A stretch of 64,000 nt of DNA from an uncultured Candidatus Rokubacteria bacterium (GTDB taxonomy: Bacteria > Methylomirabilota > Methylomirabilia > Rokubacteriales > CSP1-6): the NCBI GenBank assembly GCA_963762145.1, contig CAVXJS010000009.1:608001-672000 (forward strand), read 5' to 3'. Below, one piece after another: positions 9,440 through 18,634 of the stretch. Below the pieces are notes generated by a model. That model worked only from the letters and a program-made list of their open reading frames with translations. It was not told the origin of the DNA and did not search any database. Positions within the stretch are counted from its first letter, which is position 1. Each line of letters begins with the position of its first letter. The translations under genes were made by a program, and so were the position numbers.

Positions 9440-10321
9440 CTACTCGATCCTGTTCTTGATGGCCGGGATCGATTTCAGGTACTTCGCGATGGCCTGCCGA
9501 TCGGCCTTGGTCAGGTCCTTGTACCCAGCCGAGGAGCCCTGGATGACCTCCATCATCAGGCCGCCCGACACGTCTCCATCGGGCTTGTTTCCTGTCTCGA
9601 GGTAGTCGGTGATCTGCTCTTCGGTCCAGCTCCCGAGGCCGGTCTCGCGATCCGGCGTGATATTCGGCACCGCGGAGCCCTCCGGCCCCTTGCCCTTCTG
9701 GTTCCCGGCCAGGAAGCGGGTATTGTCCACCGCCATGGTCATGGTCCGGGGCGTGTGGCACTCGCCGCAATGGGAAACCGCGCGCGTCAGGTACTCTCCG
9801 CGCGCCACGCCCGAGGTCGGCGCCGACTTGGGAGGCGTCTCGACCGCCGCGAAGGTGGCCAGCCACGCCGGGAGGAACACGCTCTCGAACATCGGGACCG
9901 AGATCTTCTTGGCCGGCGTCTGGCGGTTGACCGGGGGGACCGAGCGCAGGTAGGCAACCACATCCTGCAGGTCCTGCTCGGTCATGCCGTTGAAGACGGT
10001 ATAGGGATGGACCGGGATGAGCCGCTCGCCGTTCGGTCGGCGCCCCAACCGCGTGGCGGTGATGATCTGCTCATCCGTCCACTTGCCGATCCCGGTGGTG
10101 GGGTCGGGCGTGATGTTCGAGGCGTACACGGTCCCGAACGGCCCGTCGTACTTGCGCCCACCCGCGTTGAGGGGCTGCTTCGGCGCCGTGTGACACCCGC
10201 AGCCCGCCGCGGCGCCGAACACGTACTTGCCCCGGGCGATCTGCTCCCGGGTGGGCTGAGCCGCCGCGTCCGAGGCGACGACCATCAGGAACAGGACCGA
10301 AAGATAGACTATGGGCGTCAT
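9440..10321 (-). CDS. Diheme cytochrome c (dehydrogenase cytochrome c subunit-like)
   Basis: RGKYV..GCGCH, NITPDPTTGIGKWT, RGEYL..HCGECHTPR, NITPDRETGLGSWT. Confidence 0.88.
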   Translation of the reverse strand: MTPIVYLSVLFLMVVASDAAAQPTREQIARGKYVFGAAAGCGCHTAPKQPLNAGGRKYDGPFGTVYASNITPDPTTGIGKWTDEQIITATRLGRRPNGERLIPVHPYTVFNGMTEQDLQDVVAYLRSVPPVNRQTPAKKISVPMFESVFLPAWLATFAAVETPPKSAPTSGVARGEYLTRAVSHCGECHTPRTMTMAVDNTRFLAGNQKGKGPEGSAVPNITPDRETGLGSWTEEQITDYLETGNKPDGDVSGGLMMEVIQGSSAGYKDLTKADRQAIAKYLKSIPAIKNRIE

Positions 10322-10379
10322 CTCACGTTATGCCTCTGAACCATCGATTGGACTCCCAGGTTCCCGCCCGCCGAAGATA

Positions 10380-11675
10380 TCACGGCAGAGCGGGCAGATT
10401 CCGGGGCTCCCGGACCCGGCCCAGCAGCAGTGCGAGGCCGGCCAGGCTCCCGAGCCCCCCCACCACGAACACCGCCGGGAACCCGAGGGCGTCGGCCGTC
10501 AGACCGGCCAGGAGCGGGGCACCGAAGGCCACCGGGGTCAGGAGGGTGGTCCCGAGCCCCACGTAGGTCGGGCGCGCGGCCGGGCTCGGCGCGAACTCGA
10601 GCAGCACGCTCAGTCCCGATACGTTCACCGCGGCCAGGTGGACCCCGTGCAGGACGAACACGACGAAGAACAGATCGAGCGACGGCACGAGCAGCGCGGC
10701 GACGTTGGCCAGGAGGAGCGCCCCCGCCCCGATCGCGAGCGACACCAGATGCCCGGCGCGATCCGCGAGGGCGCCCAGCGCCAGGTTGCCGGTCATCTGT
10801 CCGGCGAGGAGCGCGGTGGTGAACAGTCCCACCGCCCAGTCCGGCGCCGCGTAGTGGCGAAGCGCGTACACGGTGTAGAACCCGGACGCCATCATCCCGA
10901 CGTAGACGAGCGCCCGGGACAGGAGGAACCAGCGCAGGTTCCGATCCTCTCGCAGCAGCCGGCCGGCGCGCCGCAGGTAGGCGCCGAGCGGGGGCGCGAC
11001 CGCGACCGCGGTCGCCAGCGGCTCGCGCACCCGCGTGAGCGCCACGTAGGACAGGCCCATGCAGAGGGCCGCCATCAGGAAGCACACCGCGTAGCCGTCG
11101 GGGGCCGGCATCCGCGCGAGCACCCACGCGACGAGCACGCTGCCGAGCAGCCCGCCCGCCCCGCCCAGCAGGTTCGAGACCGCGAAGAAGCGCCCGCGGA
11201 GTCCCACCGGAACCGCGCGGGCCACGATGTCCATCCACGCCGGCATGAGGACACCGCCCACGCCGGTGATCAGGAGCAGCATGCCGAGCATGAGCGCGAG
11301 CGAGAGCCCGGGCGCGGGGCGGGCGAGGAAGAACGCGACCGCGGCCAGGCCGAGGAAGGGCAGCCGCTCCCACGTCGTGTAGCGCAGCACGAAGGGCAGC
11401 TTCCGGAGGAGCGATTCGGTGTAGCCGGCCGCGAACAGGGACGGGAGATTCCATCCGAGCGTCATCAGCGCCGGGATCGCGCCGATCACGACGTTCGAGG
11501 CGCCCAGGTGGGCGGCGAAGGCGGGCAGGATCGTGCTCTGCGACGCGAACGACAGCCCGACCAGGAAGAGGCCGAGGTCGACGCTCAGGGCGACGGCGTT
11601 GTGACGGACGTGACGACGCGCGAAGGATTCGCCGTCGTCGGACTCGTGGGGTGGAGCGGCAGGGACTCCGGTCAC
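10380..11675 (-). CDS. MFS transporter
   Basis: About 12 hydrophobic segments; GALADRAG motif. Confidence 0.85.
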   Translation of the reverse strand: MTGVPAAPPHESDDGESFARRHVRHNAVALSVDLGLFLVGLSFASQSTILPAFAAHLGASNVVIGAIPALMTLGWNLPSLFAAGYTESLLRKLPFVLRYTTWERLPFLGLAAVAFFLARPAPGLSLALMLGMLLLITGVGGVLMPAWMDIVARAVPVGLRGRFFAVSNLLGGAGGLLGSVLVAWVLARMPAPDGYAVCFLMAALCMGLSYVALTRVREPLATAVAVAPPLGAYLRRAGRLLREDRNLRWFLLSRALVYVGMMASGFYTVYALRHYAAPDWAVGLFTTALLAGQMTGNLALGALADRAGHLVSLAIGAGALLLANVAALLVPSLDLFFVVFVLHGVHLAAVNVSGLSVLLEFAPSPAARPTYVGLGTTLLTPVAFGAPLLAGLTADALGFPAVFVVGGLGSLAGLALLLGRVREPRNLPALP

Positions 11676-11741
11676 CGCCCGCCGAGGATACCCCGGGGCG
11701 GGCGGGGCGACAAGCCGAGGGCGGCCCCGAAGGGCCGCCGA

Positions 11742-13187
11742 TCAGGACATCATCATGCGCCGGCGATCACCGAGGGAGAGCACGTCGTTGAGCGAGGACA
11801 CGGCGCGCCGCGAGGAGCCCGGCGGCGTGATGCGCGACCCCTCGGCCGCGCTCCCCTGCGCTTCCGCGTGCCGATACGCCTTCAGCTTGTACTGCAGGCA
11901 GCGAAGGCTGATCCCGAGCTGCCGTGCGGCCTGCGTACGATTGCCGCCCACTCCGTCGAGCGTCTGGAGGATGTACTGCTGCTCCAGGTCCCGCAGCGTC
12001 AGCCCCGCCGGCAGCCCCGGCTTGCCGGAGTCGGCGCGCTTGCCGGCCGCTTCCGCGAGCGGGAGCACGTCGACGTCCACGGTGTCGTTCTCGCTCAGGA
12101 CCACCGCCTGCTCGATGCAGTTCTCGAGCTGCCGCACGTTGCCCGGCCACTCCGCCCCCAGCAGCAGCTCCGTCGCCCGCCCCGTCAGCCGCGGCACCCG
12201 CTTGTGATGCGCCGCCGCAAACTTCCGCAGAAAATGCTCCACCAGCAGCCCGATGTCCCCCCGCCGCGCCCGCAGCGGCGGGACCTCGATCATCACCACC
12301 GCGATCCGGTAGTACAGATCCTCCCGAAACTGTCCCTCCCGCACTGCCTTCCGCAGATCCTTGTTCGACGCCGTGATCAGCCGGATGTCCGTCCGCGTCG
12401 GCTTGCTCCCCCCTACCTTCACGAACTCCCGCGTCTGGATCACCCGCAGCAGCTTCGCCTGCAACGGCATCGACAGCTCGCTGATCTCGTCGATGAACAG
12501 CGTCCCCGTGTGCGCCAGCGCGAAGAACCCCGTCCGGTGCTCTACCGCCCCCGTGAAGCTGCCCCGCACGTGCCCGAACAGATGGCTCTCCATCAGCCCC
12601 TCCGGGATCGCCGTGCAGTCCAGCGTCACCAGCGGCCGGTCCGCCCGCGCGCTCTGCTCGTGGATCGCCCGGGCGATCAGCTCCTTGCCCGTCCCCGATT
12701 CCCCCGAGATGCACACGTTCGCATCCCCCACCGCCACCTTCTCGATCTTCGCCAGCACCTCCCCCAGCTGCGGCGACTGCCCGATCAGCCCGTGGGCCGC
12801 CGCGCCACCTCCGGAGCCCATCCTGCGATCGCCGAGGCCCAGACGATTCACCACGCGTCCGAGGGCCGCGGTGAGCTCGGCTTCCTCCGTCGGCCGCTCC
12901 AGCCACTGCACGCCGGGAAGAGAGGGTGGGGCGTCCGTGGTCTCGCGCGGCCCCAGCACGACCACCGGGCTGTCGCCTTCGAGGCTACGCAGCCGCTGAC
13001 CCAGCTCCCACGCCGTCATGGGCGCCTGCAGGTTCACGATCACCAGCGCCGGGCGGCCGTGCGCTCGGCTGGCCATCTCCAGCTCATGTAGGGAACCGAT
13101 GAAGTGCGGCTCCCATCCGTATAGTGTCGCGAGCCCGCGCACCGGCGCCGAGAGCTCCAGGGTCTCGTCAAGAATCAGGACATTCAC
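11742..13187 (-). CDS. Sigma-54 enhancer-binding protein with degenerate receiver-like N-terminus and Fis-type HTH
   Basis: [50 protein letters not shown]. Confidence 0.92.
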   Translation of the reverse strand: MNVLILDETLELSAPVRGLATLYGWEPHFIGSLHELEMASRAHGRPALVIVNLQAPMTAWELGQRLRSLEGDSPVVVLGPRETTDAPPSLPGVQWLERPTEEAELTAALGRVVNRLGLGDRRMGSGGGAAAHGLIGQSPQLGEVLAKIEKVAVGDANVCISGESGTGKELIARAIHEQSARADRPLVTLDCTAIPEGLMESHLFGHVRGSFTGAVEHRTGFFALAHTGTLFIDEISELSMPLQAKLLRVIQTREFVKVGGSKPTRTDIRLITASNKDLRKAVREGQFREDLYYRIAVVMIEVPPLRARRGDIGLLVEHFLRKFAAAHHKRVPRLTGRATELLLGAEWPGNVRQLENCIEQAVVLSENDTVDVDVLPLAEAAGKRADSGKPGLPAGLTLRDLEQQYILQTLDGVGGNRTQAARQLGISLRCLQYKLKAYRHAEAQGSAAEGSRITPPGSSRRAVSSLNDVLSLGDRRRMMMS

Positions 13188-13232
13188 AGTTTTGCGCTCC
13201 TCGAAGGATTTGCGCTACGCAGACGGTTCCAC

Positions 13233-13247
13233 GCAACGCGTGTGCCA
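13233..13247 (-). promoter_or_regulatory. Sigma-54 -24/-12 promoter
   Basis: Minus strand TGGCAC-ACGCG-TTGC, a full consensus match ~45 bp upstream of the activator gene. Confidence 0.75.
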
Positions 13248-13348
13248 TCGAAGGAATGCAAATCGGGCGGGCACTTACACGCTTCGGAGCGGGGGTCGAC
13301 GCCAAAAGGTGGTTGGGGTGGCTCCAAATCTTGTCACCCAAAATCGAA

Positions 13349-14062
13349 CTAACCGCTCGGAGGAATCCCCAACCGGCGGCGGCGACGCCTCCAGGCTGCC
13401 GCACCCAGTAGTGCCAGGTTGGAGCCGGCGAGCAGGAGGGTGGCGGGCTCGGGTGTGGGCGCCAGGTCTTCCGGGAGGCTCGGATCGAGCCGCGGCCCCT
13501 GTCCGGCCACGCCCGGCCCCCCACCGGACCACGGGCCGAGATTGCCGAACCCGGGATATCCACCAGAGCCGACCCCGCCGGCACCGCCTCCGGTCCCCGT
13601 CCCGGCCCACGGCGTGCTCTCGAGCTCGGTGGGGGTGGACACCGTGTCGCCCCCCGACGCGTCCGGTGACCCGACCTGCGCGAGCAGACCACGCACGAGG
13701 ACGGCCGGGCTGTCGGAGGGCGTCTCGCCCGCGCCTTCGTCGAGACCGTTACCCGGGATCCCCTCGACCGAGGTGATCATGGTCAGGTTTGGCGACGGCT
13801 TTGGCGGCAGCGCCGGCAACGAGGGCGGCGAGGCGGGAGTCTGCCCCATCAGCGCGTTCCATACGTCGCCCGGGATCTGCGCCACGGCGGCCGCGCTTCT
13901 CGGATCGCGCACCGACCCCGACGGCGCCGAGGGGCTCGATAGGCCGCCCACGTCGCCACGGAGCGGCCAGAGATAGAGCGGCAGCAGGATCAGCAGGAGG
14001 ATTAGGACGGCGATCAGACCTCGCCGGCCGCGACGCGAGGGCAAAGGTTCGCCGTCCTGCAT
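13349..14062 (-). CDS. PEP-CTERM sorting domain-containing protein
   Basis: C-terminus TPEPATLLLAGSNLALLGAAAWRRRRRR; N-terminal TM; Pro/Gly/Ser-rich body. Confidence 0.8.
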   Translation of the reverse strand: MQDGEPLPSRRGRRGLIAVLILLLILLPLYLWPLRGDVGGLSSPSAPSGSVRDPRSAAAVAQIPGDVWNALMGQTPASPPSLPALPPKPSPNLTMITSVEGIPGNGLDEGAGETPSDSPAVLVRGLLAQVGSPDASGGDTVSTPTELESTPWAGTGTGGGAGGVGSGGYPGFGNLGPWSGGGPGVAGQGPRLDPSLPEDLAPTPEPATLLLAGSNLALLGAAAWRRRRRRLGIPPSG

Positions 14063-14076
14063 ACCCGGAGGGAATA

Positions 14077-14091
14077 GCGAAGGCCATGCCA
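14077..14091 (-). promoter_or_regulatory. Putative sigma-54 promoter of the PEP-CTERM gene
   Basis: Minus strand TGGCAT-GGCCT-TCGC (GG-N10-GC). Confidence 0.5.
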
Positions 14092-14282
14092 CCGGCCGAG
14101 GCGAAAAAATGTCTGATCAGTCACGCGTTTGAGAAGGCCGAGCCCTGTCGGGCAGGATTTGCGCGGGACACGCCGCCTCCGGTGAGAGCCCAGGCGTGCT
14201 CACTCAGGGCAAGGACGTACCCATCGCGAATCGGCCAACCAGTGCGTTGACCGACCCGCTCGGCCTGGCCTAGGATGCGGCC

Positions 14283-15362
14283 ATGAAAATCACCGCCATC
14301 GATAGCGCCGTGCTCCGCATGCCGAACCGCAAGCCGATCGCGCTCGACTTCCCGCACCACAGCCTGGTCGTCGCGCACATCCGCACCGACGAGGGTGTCA
14401 GCGGGCTGGGCTACACGCTCGCCTTCGGCGGCGGCGGCGTGGAGTCCATCCAGGCCTACCTGGACACGCGGCTCGCCCCGTTGCTCGTGGGCCAGGACCC
14501 GCTGCTGGTGGAGCGGCTCTGGGAGCGGATGTATCGCGCCGATCGCGGCATCAAGCGCCAGGGGGTCGCGGCCTACGCGCTCAGCGCGCTCGACATCGCG
14601 CTGTGGGACATCGTCGGCAAGACCGCGGGCCTGCCGCTCTACAAGCTCTGGGGTGCGGTCACCGACCGGGTCGCGGCCTACGGCAGCGGCGGGTGGCCGA
14701 GCTACTCACTGGACGACCTGATCGGCGAGGCGGAGATGTACGCGGCGCGCGGATGCCGCTACTACAAGCTGAAGATCCACGACCCCGATCCGCGGGCCAA
14801 CCGCGAGCGCGTGCTGGCGGTCAAGAAAGCGGTCGGCGACGGCGTCCGGCTCATGGTGGACGTCAACCAGAAGCTCGACGTCCTCGGCAACATCCGCCAG
14901 GCCCGGCTGCTCGAGGACCTGGACCTCGTCTGGTACGAGGAGCCGGTGCTCGCCGACGACCTCGCCGCCTGCGCGGAGGTCGCGCGCGCGATCAACATCC
15001 CGGTGGCCACCGGCGAGAACAACTACACGCGCTTCGAGTTCCGCGATCTCATCGAGCGGCGCGCCGCCCGCTACCTGATGCCCGATCTCTGCCGCGCCAA
15101 CGGCTTCAGCGAGACGCTCAAGATCGGCCGCCTCGCCGCCGCCCACCAGCTCGCGGTCTCACCCCACGTCGTGCACGAGCTCTCGTTGCAGGTGGCGGGC
15201 GCGCTGAGCAACGGCTTCCTCGTGGAATGGATCGACTGGGTGCCCGAGGATCTCTTCGCCGAGATGCCGGTCATGCAGGGCGGCGATTTCCTCATCCCCG
15301 ATCGGCCGGGGCACGGCGTGGCCCTGGCTCCGGGGGCGGAGAAGAAGTACCGCGTCGGCTGA
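14283..15362 (+). CDS. Mandelate racemase/muconate lactonizing enzyme family protein
   Basis: SALDIALWDI, KLK, LMVDVN, WYEEP, ATGEN. Confidence 0.9.
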   Translation: MKITAIDSAVLRMPNRKPIALDFPHHSLVVAHIRTDEGVSGLGYTLAFGGGGVESIQAYLDTRLAPLLVGQDPLLVERLWERMYRADRGIKRQGVAAYALSALDIALWDIVGKTAGLPLYKLWGAVTDRVAAYGSGGWPSYSLDDLIGEAEMYAARGCRYYKLKIHDPDPRANRERVLAVKKAVGDGVRLMVDVNQKLDVLGNIRQARLLEDLDLVWYEEPVLADDLAACAEVARAINIPVATGENNYTRFEFRDLIERRAARYLMPDLCRANGFSETLKIGRLAAAHQLAVSPHVVHELSLQVAGALSNGFLVEWIDWVPEDLFAEMPVMQGGDFLIPDRPGHGVALAPGAEKKYRVG

Positions 15363-15375
15363 GGCGCCGCGGGCC

Positions 15376-16308
15376 TCAGAACACCGCGAGCGGGTTGGCG
15401 GGCGAGCCGGTGCCCCCGACCACCACGAGCGGGGCGACGATGAGCATGAACTCGTCCCGCTTCTCGTCCACGCAGGCACGGCTCAGCGGCTCGAGGAGGG
15501 CGTTGTCCACGAGCGCGACCCCGTAGGCGAAGAGGGCGGCGTGCACCGCCCAGGGGATGTCGTACCCGATCGGCAGGTGGTCCAGCATGTCCCACACGAG
15601 CACGCTCACGTCGTGGTCGCGCAGGAACTCGAGGCAGGAGACGTGCAGTCCGGGCCGCTCCGTGGGGCCGGGGCCGAAGGGCCGGCCGTAGGGCTTCTCG
15701 CCGTTCGCCTCCTGCCAGGCCTCCCGACCCGAATACACGCACACCGCGTCGCCGGGCTCGAGCGTGAGCCCGCGTGCGCGCGCGATGTCCTCGAGCTCCC
15801 AGCCGTGCACGGGCCGGTCCCAGGTCACCGACGGCACCCCGCGATGGCGCGGCACGTCGAGGAAGACCCCGCGCGTGATGATGCCCTCGGCCCAGTGCTC
15901 CACCGAGCCGAACGTCGCGCCGTCGAACGTGATCTCCTTCTTCGGGTCACGCCCGTTCCACATCGCGTGCTCGTCCCACGTGTGGCAGAGCGCGTCGATG
16001 TGGGTCGAGGCGATACCGTGATAGAAGATGCCGTAGTAGTCGGCCGCGAACCCGCCTTTGCCGCGCGCCAGCGTCCGCATGTAGTGCTGCGCGGGCAGCG
16101 CGTTGTTGGGACCGGGCTCCTTGGGAAACGGCCGGCTCATGGAGACGCTCCGCCCGGAGCGCACGAGCCGCGCGGCCGTGGCGCGCTTGGCCGGAGTGAT
16201 CAGGTTGATCGCGCCAAGCTGGTCATCCTTTCCCCAGCGACCCCAGTTGCGGCGATCGTGAATGAGGGCGCGTACTTGCTGCTCGGTCGGTAGCGGACGC
16301 TCGGGCAT
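15376..16308 (-). CDS. Cyclase family protein (kynurenine formamidase-like)
   Basis: NWGRWGKDDQLGAINL, HGIASTHIDALCH, GGTGSPANPLA. Confidence 0.88.
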   Translation of the reverse strand: MPERPLPTEQQVRALIHDRRNWGRWGKDDQLGAINLITPAKRATAARLVRSGRSVSMSRPFPKEPGPNNALPAQHYMRTLARGKGGFAADYYGIFYHGIASTHIDALCHTWDEHAMWNGRDPKKEITFDGATFGSVEHWAEGIITRGVFLDVPRHRGVPSVTWDRPVHGWELEDIARARGLTLEPGDAVCVYSGREAWQEANGEKPYGRPFGPGPTERPGLHVSCLEFLRDHDVSVLVWDMLDHLPIGYDIPWAVHAALFAYGVALVDNALLEPLSRACVDEKRDEFMLIVAPLVVVGGTGSPANPLAVF

Positions 16309-16575
16309 AAGATCCTCCGGCGCGGGACTCTACGCCGACTGACGCGGTCCACGCAAGCGCAACCCAACCCCTGAATGACGCATCGCGTGGTTCCGGTTGA
16401 CTGGCCCCGCACCTTGTGGCATCTTCGCCATCCCGGAGCCGGCTCTCGGGCCCGGGGAACGGAAGAGGCAGGGGTGCCAGATCGGGTAGCGCACTATCCA
16501 GTGATCGAGAAAATTTCCCTATGCAATGCTGGCACTATCGGCGCTAACCCCTAGACTCCGTTCGGCTACTGCGAC

Positions 16576-16590
16576 TGGTACAGGGCTTGC
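16576..16590 (+). promoter_or_regulatory. Sigma-54 -24/-12 promoter
   Basis: TGGTAC-AGGGC-TTGC ~46 bp upstream of the TAXI gene; RBS AGAGGAG. Confidence 0.6.
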
Positions 16591-16636
16591 CCTATCCAGA
16601 TTCGCGAGGCGACATTTCGCCTAGAGGAGAACACCT

Positions 16637-17641
16637 GTGACGAAATCGAAACTGATCATTCAGAGCTCGCTGGCGATCCTCATGCTCCTGGCGGCGGCCA
16701 GCCTCTGCCCGGCCGCCGAGGACATGGGCATCATCACCGGCGGTGACAAGGGCACCTACTACCAGTTCGGCCTCGATCTGCAGAAGCTGACGAAGCCCGC
16801 GGGCGTGAACCTGTCGGTGCACACCTCGAAGGGTTCCATCGAGAACATCTTCGCGGTCTATCAGCGTCCCGGCGTGCAGATGGGCATCGTGCAGTCCGAC
16901 GTGCTCGCATTCGTGGCCCGGGTGCAGTCGGACCCGGTCCTGAGCCGCATCGCCAAGAAGACCCGCATGGTGTTCCCCCTCTACAACGAGGAAGTCCACC
17001 TGCTCGGCAAGAAGGGCATCCGCGACTTCGACGACCTGGCCGGCAGGCGGGTGGCCATCGGCCGTGACGGGAGCGGCACCTATCTCACCTCCCGCCTGCT
17101 GTTCAAGCTCTCCGAGGTCGCTCCCGCCGAGATGGTGCCGATCGATACCGGCGAAGCGCTCGCCGAGCTCAAGGCCGGCCGCATCGACGCCATGTTCTAC
17201 GTGGCCGGATACCCGGTGAAGCTGCTCAAGGACGACATCACCGAGAAGGACGGCCTCGAGCTGATCCCGATCACGAACAAGAGCATCACCGAGTTCTATC
17301 CGCGCGCGGATATCCCGGCCAATGTCTACGAGTGGCAGAAGACTCCGGTGAACAGCGTGGCGGTCAAGGCGGTGCTGGTCTCGTTCGATTTCCGCAGGAA
17401 GGACTGCGACAACGTCGGACGCTTCGCCCAGACGATACAGAAGCAGATGCCCACGCTGCTCCAGAACGGGCACCCGAAGTGGAAGGTGGTCGACCTCAAC
17501 TACCCGCTGAAGGGCTGGGAGCAGTACGACTGCGTGCGGAAGTTCATCGGCACCGCCGCCGCGGCCCCCGCGGCTGCGCCCAAGCCCGCTGCGAACGAGA
17601 ATCCGGTCTTCAACGCGATCAAGGGACTGCTTGACGACTAG
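16637..17641 (+). CDS. TAXI family TRAP solute-binding protein
   Basis: Signal peptide, TGGDKGTYY, SKGSIENI, GIVQSD, LYNEEVH, GSGT. Confidence 0.88.
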   Translation: MTKSKLIIQSSLAILMLLAAASLCPAAEDMGIITGGDKGTYYQFGLDLQKLTKPAGVNLSVHTSKGSIENIFAVYQRPGVQMGIVQSDVLAFVARVQSDPVLSRIAKKTRMVFPLYNEEVHLLGKKGIRDFDDLAGRRVAIGRDGSGTYLTSRLLFKLSEVAPAEMVPIDTGEALAELKAGRIDAMFYVAGYPVKLLKDDITEKDGLELIPITNKSITEFYPRADIPANVYEWQKTPVNSVAVKAVLVSFDFRRKDCDNVGRFAQTIQKQMPTLLQNGHPKWKVVDLNYPLKGWEQYDCVRKFIGTAAAAPAAAPKPAANENPVFNAIKGLLDD

Positions 17642-18623
17642 ACGCGTGATACCGGGCGGCAACCGCTTTATCTCGATCGGCGCTGCGGCCGGGAGCCTCG
17701 CGCTCCTGGCCGCGGTCGTACTGATGCTCTGGCCGCCCGATCCGGGCGACTACGCGTTCACGCCGGGGGACCGGCCCGACGGCGAGACCGTGGGCTGGGT
17801 CGCGAAGGTCGAATCCAACACCATCCACGTCAACTCCGGCCCGTTCGGGGGCGGCGTGGTGCCGCTGGTGGTGACCAAGACCACGCGGATCACGGTCGGC
17901 GCCAAGGATGGCTGGTTCGAGGACATCCGACCCGGCGGCCAGGTCAAGGTGGCCTACGAGCTCTATCATGGGCGACGCTTCGCGCGAAGCGTCGAGCTCC
18001 TGGTCGACGAGGGCTCCCGCCGGCCGGGGCGCAGCAGCCCGCAGGCCAAGGGGCCGGCAGAAACGCAGGCACCCGCAGAGCGGCCGACGACTGCCCCCGC
18101 GGCGCCCTCGGCGGCGGCGACCACCGCGCCTCCGGTCGCGGCGCCCCCCGCGACCGCACCGCCCGCCGCGGCGCCCGCGGCGGCTCCGCCCGCCCCCGCG
18201 ACGGCTCCGCCCGCCCCGCGACGGCTCCGAAGGTCGCGGCGCCACCTCCCGCCGTGTCCGTGGCGCCCCCGCCCCCGGTCGCGGTGGCCCCGGCTCCGGC
18301 GCCACGGCCCGCTCCCACCACCGCCGCGAAGCCCGCGCCCGCTCCGGAGGTCCGGCCCACGCCGAGACCCGACGCCCGCTCCGGCAAGACCTCAGCCGGT
18401 CGAGATCGTGCCAGCGCCCCAGCGCGCGTCGACGGCGACCCCTCCCGCGCAGAGCGTGTCGGCCCCGGCGAACGGCCCACGGGCGCCCGAGCCGGCGCGC
18501 GCGGTCGAGACGGTCCGGCCCGCGGCCCCCGCGGCGCCCCGCCCCGCGGAGCCGGCCCGCGGGAGCGACAGCGACGCCACCGACGGCTCCGCCGCGGTGG
18601 ACTGGCTTCTCAAGCGCCGCTAG
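17631..18623 (+). CDS. Membrane-anchored protein with small beta-domain and long Pro/Ala-rich tail
   Basis: TM, VTKTTRITVG...IRPGGQVKVAY, P/A low complexity; probable compensating indels ~18215-18390. Confidence 0.6.
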   Translation: MTTRRVIPGGNRFISIGAAAGSLALLAAVVLMLWPPDPGDYAFTPGDRPDGETVGWVAKVESNTIHVNSGPFGGGVVPLVVTKTTRITVGAKDGWFEDIRPGGQVKVAYELYHGRRFARSVELLVDEGSRRPGRSSPQAKGPAETQAPAERPTTAPAAPSAAATTAPPVAAPPATAPPAAAPAAAPPAPATAPPAPRRLRRSRRHLPPCPWRPRPRSRWPRLRRHGPLPPPPRSPRPLRRSGPRRDPTPAPARPQPVEIVPAPQRASTATPPAQSVSAPANGPRAPEPARAVETVRPAAPAAPRPAEPARGSDSDATDGSAAVDWLLKRR

Positions 18624-18634
18624 GTCCCCGCAGC

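Noticed and set aside
10311-13091. Long antisense or alternative-frame ORFs (e.g. 10311..13091, 20690..23548, 21304..23739, 39652..43155)
   Set aside because: Shadow ORFs typical of high-GC DNA; they overlap well-supported genes and show no recognisable motifs.
16400-16480. Possible riboswitch between the cyclase and TAXI genes
   Set aside because: Only short GC hairpins; no recognisable aptamer consensus.
16530-16544. Second sigma-54-like box TGGCAC-TATCG-GCGC
   Set aside because: The -12 element is poorer than the box at 16576-16590, so it was not called separately.
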